From contig OZ024741.1 in the NCBI GenBank assembly GCA_964016885.1, positions 189,720,001 to 189,784,000 on the forward strand: DNA of 64,000 nt, read 5' to 3'. The notes beneath the pieces are model-generated. The model did not search any database. It saw nothing but the letters and a program-made list of their open reading frames with translations, and was not told the origin of the DNA. This DNA comes from Eledone cirrhosa. Lineage: Eukaryota. This document shows, in pieces, positions 59,714-64,000 of the stretch. Position 1 is the stretch's first letter. Every line of letters starts with the position of its first letter. The translations under genes were made by a program, and so were the position numbers.

Positions 59714-61533
59714 TATATGTAATGTAAATTACTGATGCGTTAGCCTTATCTGTTTTGGTTGCTGTAGTAAAGTATAGGCCAAACATAGAATTTAACCATC
59801 ACAGCATCTGTAAACTAATTAAAATTAATTAGATATATTGAATGGTTATAAATGCTGCCTTTTGTTTATACAACTTCATTATAAACAAAACAAAAGTGAT
59901 TTTAAATACAATATCAATCATCAGTTAAGAGCAGTGTAAACAACTACTGATAAGAATGTTATAACATTTTGCACTAAAGTTCAGTCGCGCCATCTTTTTC
60001 TGCTCACTAAAACTGTAAAAACAAAAGGGATGGCCTTTATTATTGTCCAATGTATCTAATTAACTGTGATTAGTTTTACATGCAGTGGTGACTAAAATCT
60101 GTGGATTTGTCCTCTAATTTACTACACATAATGTAATATGTCAGTAGGAAATTTTCATCAGTTTAGACAATCAAAAGATAGCATCAATTCTTTCATTATC
60201 ATATTTCTAATGAAAGACACCGTCTATGTGTTTCAATATTTGAACTTTTATTGAGAGATAAGATGTTAAATACAAAAGAGAAAGTATAATTTATATTTTA
60301 AAATTAATTGTTTCTACTTTTGGCACAAGTCCAGCAATTACCCAGTTCATTACTGGTACTTTATTTTATCAACCCGGTAAGGATGAAAGGCAAAGTTAAC
60401 CTCGACGGGATTTGAACTCAGACCGTAAAGGGACGTAACTATGCTGGAAAGCATGGTGTCCGACCCTCTACCGATACTGCCAATCCACTGCATAATGCAC
60501 TGGAATAACCTAGCACCCTTGTGAACATCTGATACATTAGCATGCAATGACAAGAACTTCATTGTCTTTAGCCAAGTTCCCTTAAACATCTTGGATATCA
60601 CAGGCTGAACAAAATAGTTTGTCAATACTTCCTGGTAATTTAGAATTTTATTCCATTCATCTATGGATCCAGTAACTCTCACCTTCACCACAGCATCCAA
60701 GATGTAGGAAGGAACTATTCATTTTAAAAATAATCAAAACTTTGTAGGGATCTAGTAATACAACTAACCTTCTCGTTATAAGCTGGTGTTGGAAAAGTAA
60801 CTTGAGATTTCCTTACATAAAATTGTAATAGAAAGTTTAAAATTAAATATGAACATTTTAAAACATGGCTTTGCATCAGAAAACCAGGGGTAGTTTCAGG
60901 TATTTTGGTATCAAAAGGGTTATATTTTTTTTAAATATACAAATTAATTTTGGTGACTTATAGTGCTGAGTTAAAATCTTATGATATCAATATTTGGTTA
61001 ATTTTATGTGTTAATTGGAAAAATCCAAGAATATATATATCTTCACATTATACCACATGTCAGATAGACAGTCAGGCATGTAACCACAAATTACTTATAA
61101 ATGCAGAACTAAGAAACTAAACTATGTCAAGTGCACTTGAAGTATTCAGTGTGTGTATGTGATGGGCTTGATAATTTAGAGTTGATGTGGTGTTGATAGG
61201 GTTGTTCTTGTTGTATAACCACCAGATCTACTGAAAATGCAGTGATGTGATAATGTCAGTGTGATGTGGCAGATTTTAGGGGTAATTCATTTTGTGAAGT
61301 AAATGTAAATGTTTCGACTGTGATGTTTCTCAAAGTATGAATCCTGTTTATGCCATTGAAATGATTCCAATTACATAAGAGAGACCATTTCATATTATTC
61401 CTCAGACAATTTCATCAATTAAAATGTTGACAATTAAAATATGGTAATTAAAATGTGACATAGTTGGAATGCCATTTATTCATGTTAGCTCATTTAGGTC
61501 TAGCCAGAGGCTAAACTACATACTTGGCATATG

Positions 61534-61567
<34 letters not shown>

Positions 61568-61588
61568 CATATATATATATATATAGAC

Positions 61589-61619
<31 letters not shown>

Positions 61620-61621
61620 AA

Positions 61622-62262
61622 AATAAGAGGGATCAGATGTTGTTTACTCGAGAGAAGGCTACGTTGGTATGGTCACGTGATGCGCACGAAAGACGACAGC
61701 TGTATAAAAAAGTGCAGGGCAATAAAGATAGACGGTAGCCACGGAGTAGGCAGACCCAGAAAAACCTGGGACGACCTGATAAATTCCGACCTCACACACT
61801 TACACCTCTCCAAGACAATGTCACTGGACCGAGATCTTTGGCGCTACACAGTAATAGAGAAGACCCGCCTTACCTAAATACAAAGTAAAACCTACTACAG
61901 TCAGTAGGCATCTCTAACAAAATACACCTCCGTCCCACCACCCCCACCCCATCCACACCGCCCCTTTCAATGTAAAGTTATGTTGGTGCCACAACATCCA
62001 GGCCGAAACAAATGAGGTCGTGTAGGTGTCACGACAAAAAAAACACACAGTCCACGCTGTAATGTGGCCGTGTAGGTAACACGGTAAAAACCTCCCAGTC
62101 CACACCGTAAATGTGGTTGGTGTTAGGAAGGGCATCCAGCTGTAGAAAACCCGCCAGACAGTCCTATGCGAGCAAGACAATTACTCTTGCCTCAAGTGGG
62201 AAAACTCCCGTCCAAACCCATGCAAGCGTGGAACATGGACGTTAAACAATGATGATGATGAT
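61622..62262 (+). mobile_element. 5'-truncated copy of the 39335-40511 RTE family (tail-only copy at 23095-23268)
   Basis: High identity to 39863-40511; begins at a TA tract. Confidence 0.9.
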
Positions 62263-64000
62263 GTATATAATGTCCAACCCTTAACACCAGAGAAAGCAGA
62301 TGTTAAACGATGACATTGATATGTGTGTGTGTGAAGATATAAATGCTGTTTTGTCCAAGGTCAGTATTGGTTGAGCAGACCTATCGTCAAAAACATTCCA
62401 GTTGGGACCCATCCTCAATGTTTCCAGGCAGTGTCCAAACACTCCCTCATAATGTATCATCCTCTTTTTAAGCTGGTAGAGTTTTTGTATAAAGTGGTCT
62501 TCTTTATTGTTACTCTGCAGAGCCACTCAAAACTGCTTGAGTCACTCATCTCCCTTCTCCACTTACTCATAGTGTGTCTATTGTATTCATATTGTAGCTT
62601 TGTATGTTTTACATGACCTGGTTGGTGATCACAAGATCGGTGCTGTTTATCCCTTCATTACAATATTTCATATAAAATACATTATATTTGAATTGATCAA
62701 CGAAGAATTTGGAAGAATTTACTAAAATTATTTCAATTATTGACATAATATTTGTAACATAACAAAAAAGCTTTTATTTAAAATTAATTTAAATAAAAAC
62801 CATTTAAAATTGGGTGATTTTGTTTCTTAGAATTAAAGACAGTTTTGGATGGGTTGATATCAAAAGGGTGAAAGTGTTTACCAATTCAATGTGAAGGAGT
62901 TTGTTATTCCTTTGAATGAGGTTTCTGGAGATAAAGGGCCTCTTGTGACTATGGTTTTACATTTTTTTTTTTTTTTTCCCACTCACACCTGAGACTTGGA
63001 TCCATTCTAGTGTCCACCTCTTGTAAATCCTACACTAACCACCATTCCCAGTCTTTTCTCCCCAAAATGTAAACTCTCTGGAATCCTCCCTTTAGCCTAT
63101 CTATGTTTTCCTATGACCATCACCTAACAGCTGTACAAAAAGAACATGATGTTGATTGTAATTGTCCTGGAGGAGAGCTCTGAAATCCCTGCACTATCTA
63201 CTTTTCCCAATCATTTCTTCCTAGCATGTAAATCCTCTTAATTCTTCCCATTGTCTATGATTTCATGCTTCTATCCCGTTACAAAAAGGTGGCAAAATGC
63301 TCTCTGAGTTCAAATCCCGCCAGGGTCAACTTTGCCTTTCCTCCTTTCAAGGTCGATAAAAAAAAGTACCAGTCTAGTACTGGGGGATCGATTCTTCCTC
63401 TATATCTTTTTCTCGTTTCCACTCTCTTATTTTCTAACTTTCTCTGGAAGAAATCTGCTGTACTCAGGCCTGGAAAGGGGTGGACTCGCCAAGCTTAAAA
63501 TGCCCAAGAAATGCCCCTATCACTCTATTAGGAGTTATGGAACCATGCACATACATACCATACACATCCCCTTACAGCTGCATAAGAACATTGTGTTGAT
63601 TCCACCAGACCTGGAGGCCATGGACCTCTAAAAAAAATCAGATTAAACCATCCTCAGCACAATATCTGTATTGATACTTGCAAACAGAAAACACTATTTT
63701 CATTTTAAGCCTTAAATTGTTAAAGGAAATCAAATTAAATAAAATAAATAATGAAATAATGTACTGGGGTTGATTTAATCAACTTCACATCCCCTCAGAT
63801 TATTGGTCTTGTGTCTAAATTAGAAATCATTATTTATGTGGATTGACAGTATCGGTAGAGGGTTGGACGCCATGCTTTCCAGCATAGTTACGTCCCTTTG
63901 CGGTCTGAGTTCAAATCCCGCCGAGGTTAACTTTGCCTTTCATCCTTACGGGGTCGATAAAATAAAGTACCAGTAATGTACTGGGTAATTGATGGCCTTG

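Noticed and set aside
60490-60700. Minus-strand ORF faintly resembling a Tc1 transposase segment
   Set aside because: No catalytic motif or TIRs visible, and half of the ORF is SINE sequence

Overview
AT-rich, repeat-saturated animal genomic DNA. The tRNA-derived SINEs, RTE LINEs with (ATG)n tails and very long (TA)n/(TG)n tracts suggest a coleoid cephalopod (octopus-like); this is an inference. No host protein-coding gene is convincingly visible, and most ORF-track entries are microsatellite or SINE artefacts. Recognisable contents: a near-complete but broken DD37D (maT) Tc1/mariner transposon; RTE, R4/Dong-, CRE- and L1/Tx1-like LINE fragments; several SINE families; piggyBac-, hAT-, pogo- and mariner-type MITEs; a non-autonomous Helitron; a 5.3-kb 23-bp satellite; and a 21-bp minisatellite open as a GNQSPLV-repeat ORF. 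The most notable signal is three 5'-truncated Penelope-like (GIY-YIG, Neptune-type) retroelements, each ending in a minimal type-I hammerhead ribozyme. About ten short non-coding palindromes or inverted duplications also sit in (TA)n tracts, and many carry the same hammerhead architecture in head-to-head copies. All folds and family calls were made by eye.
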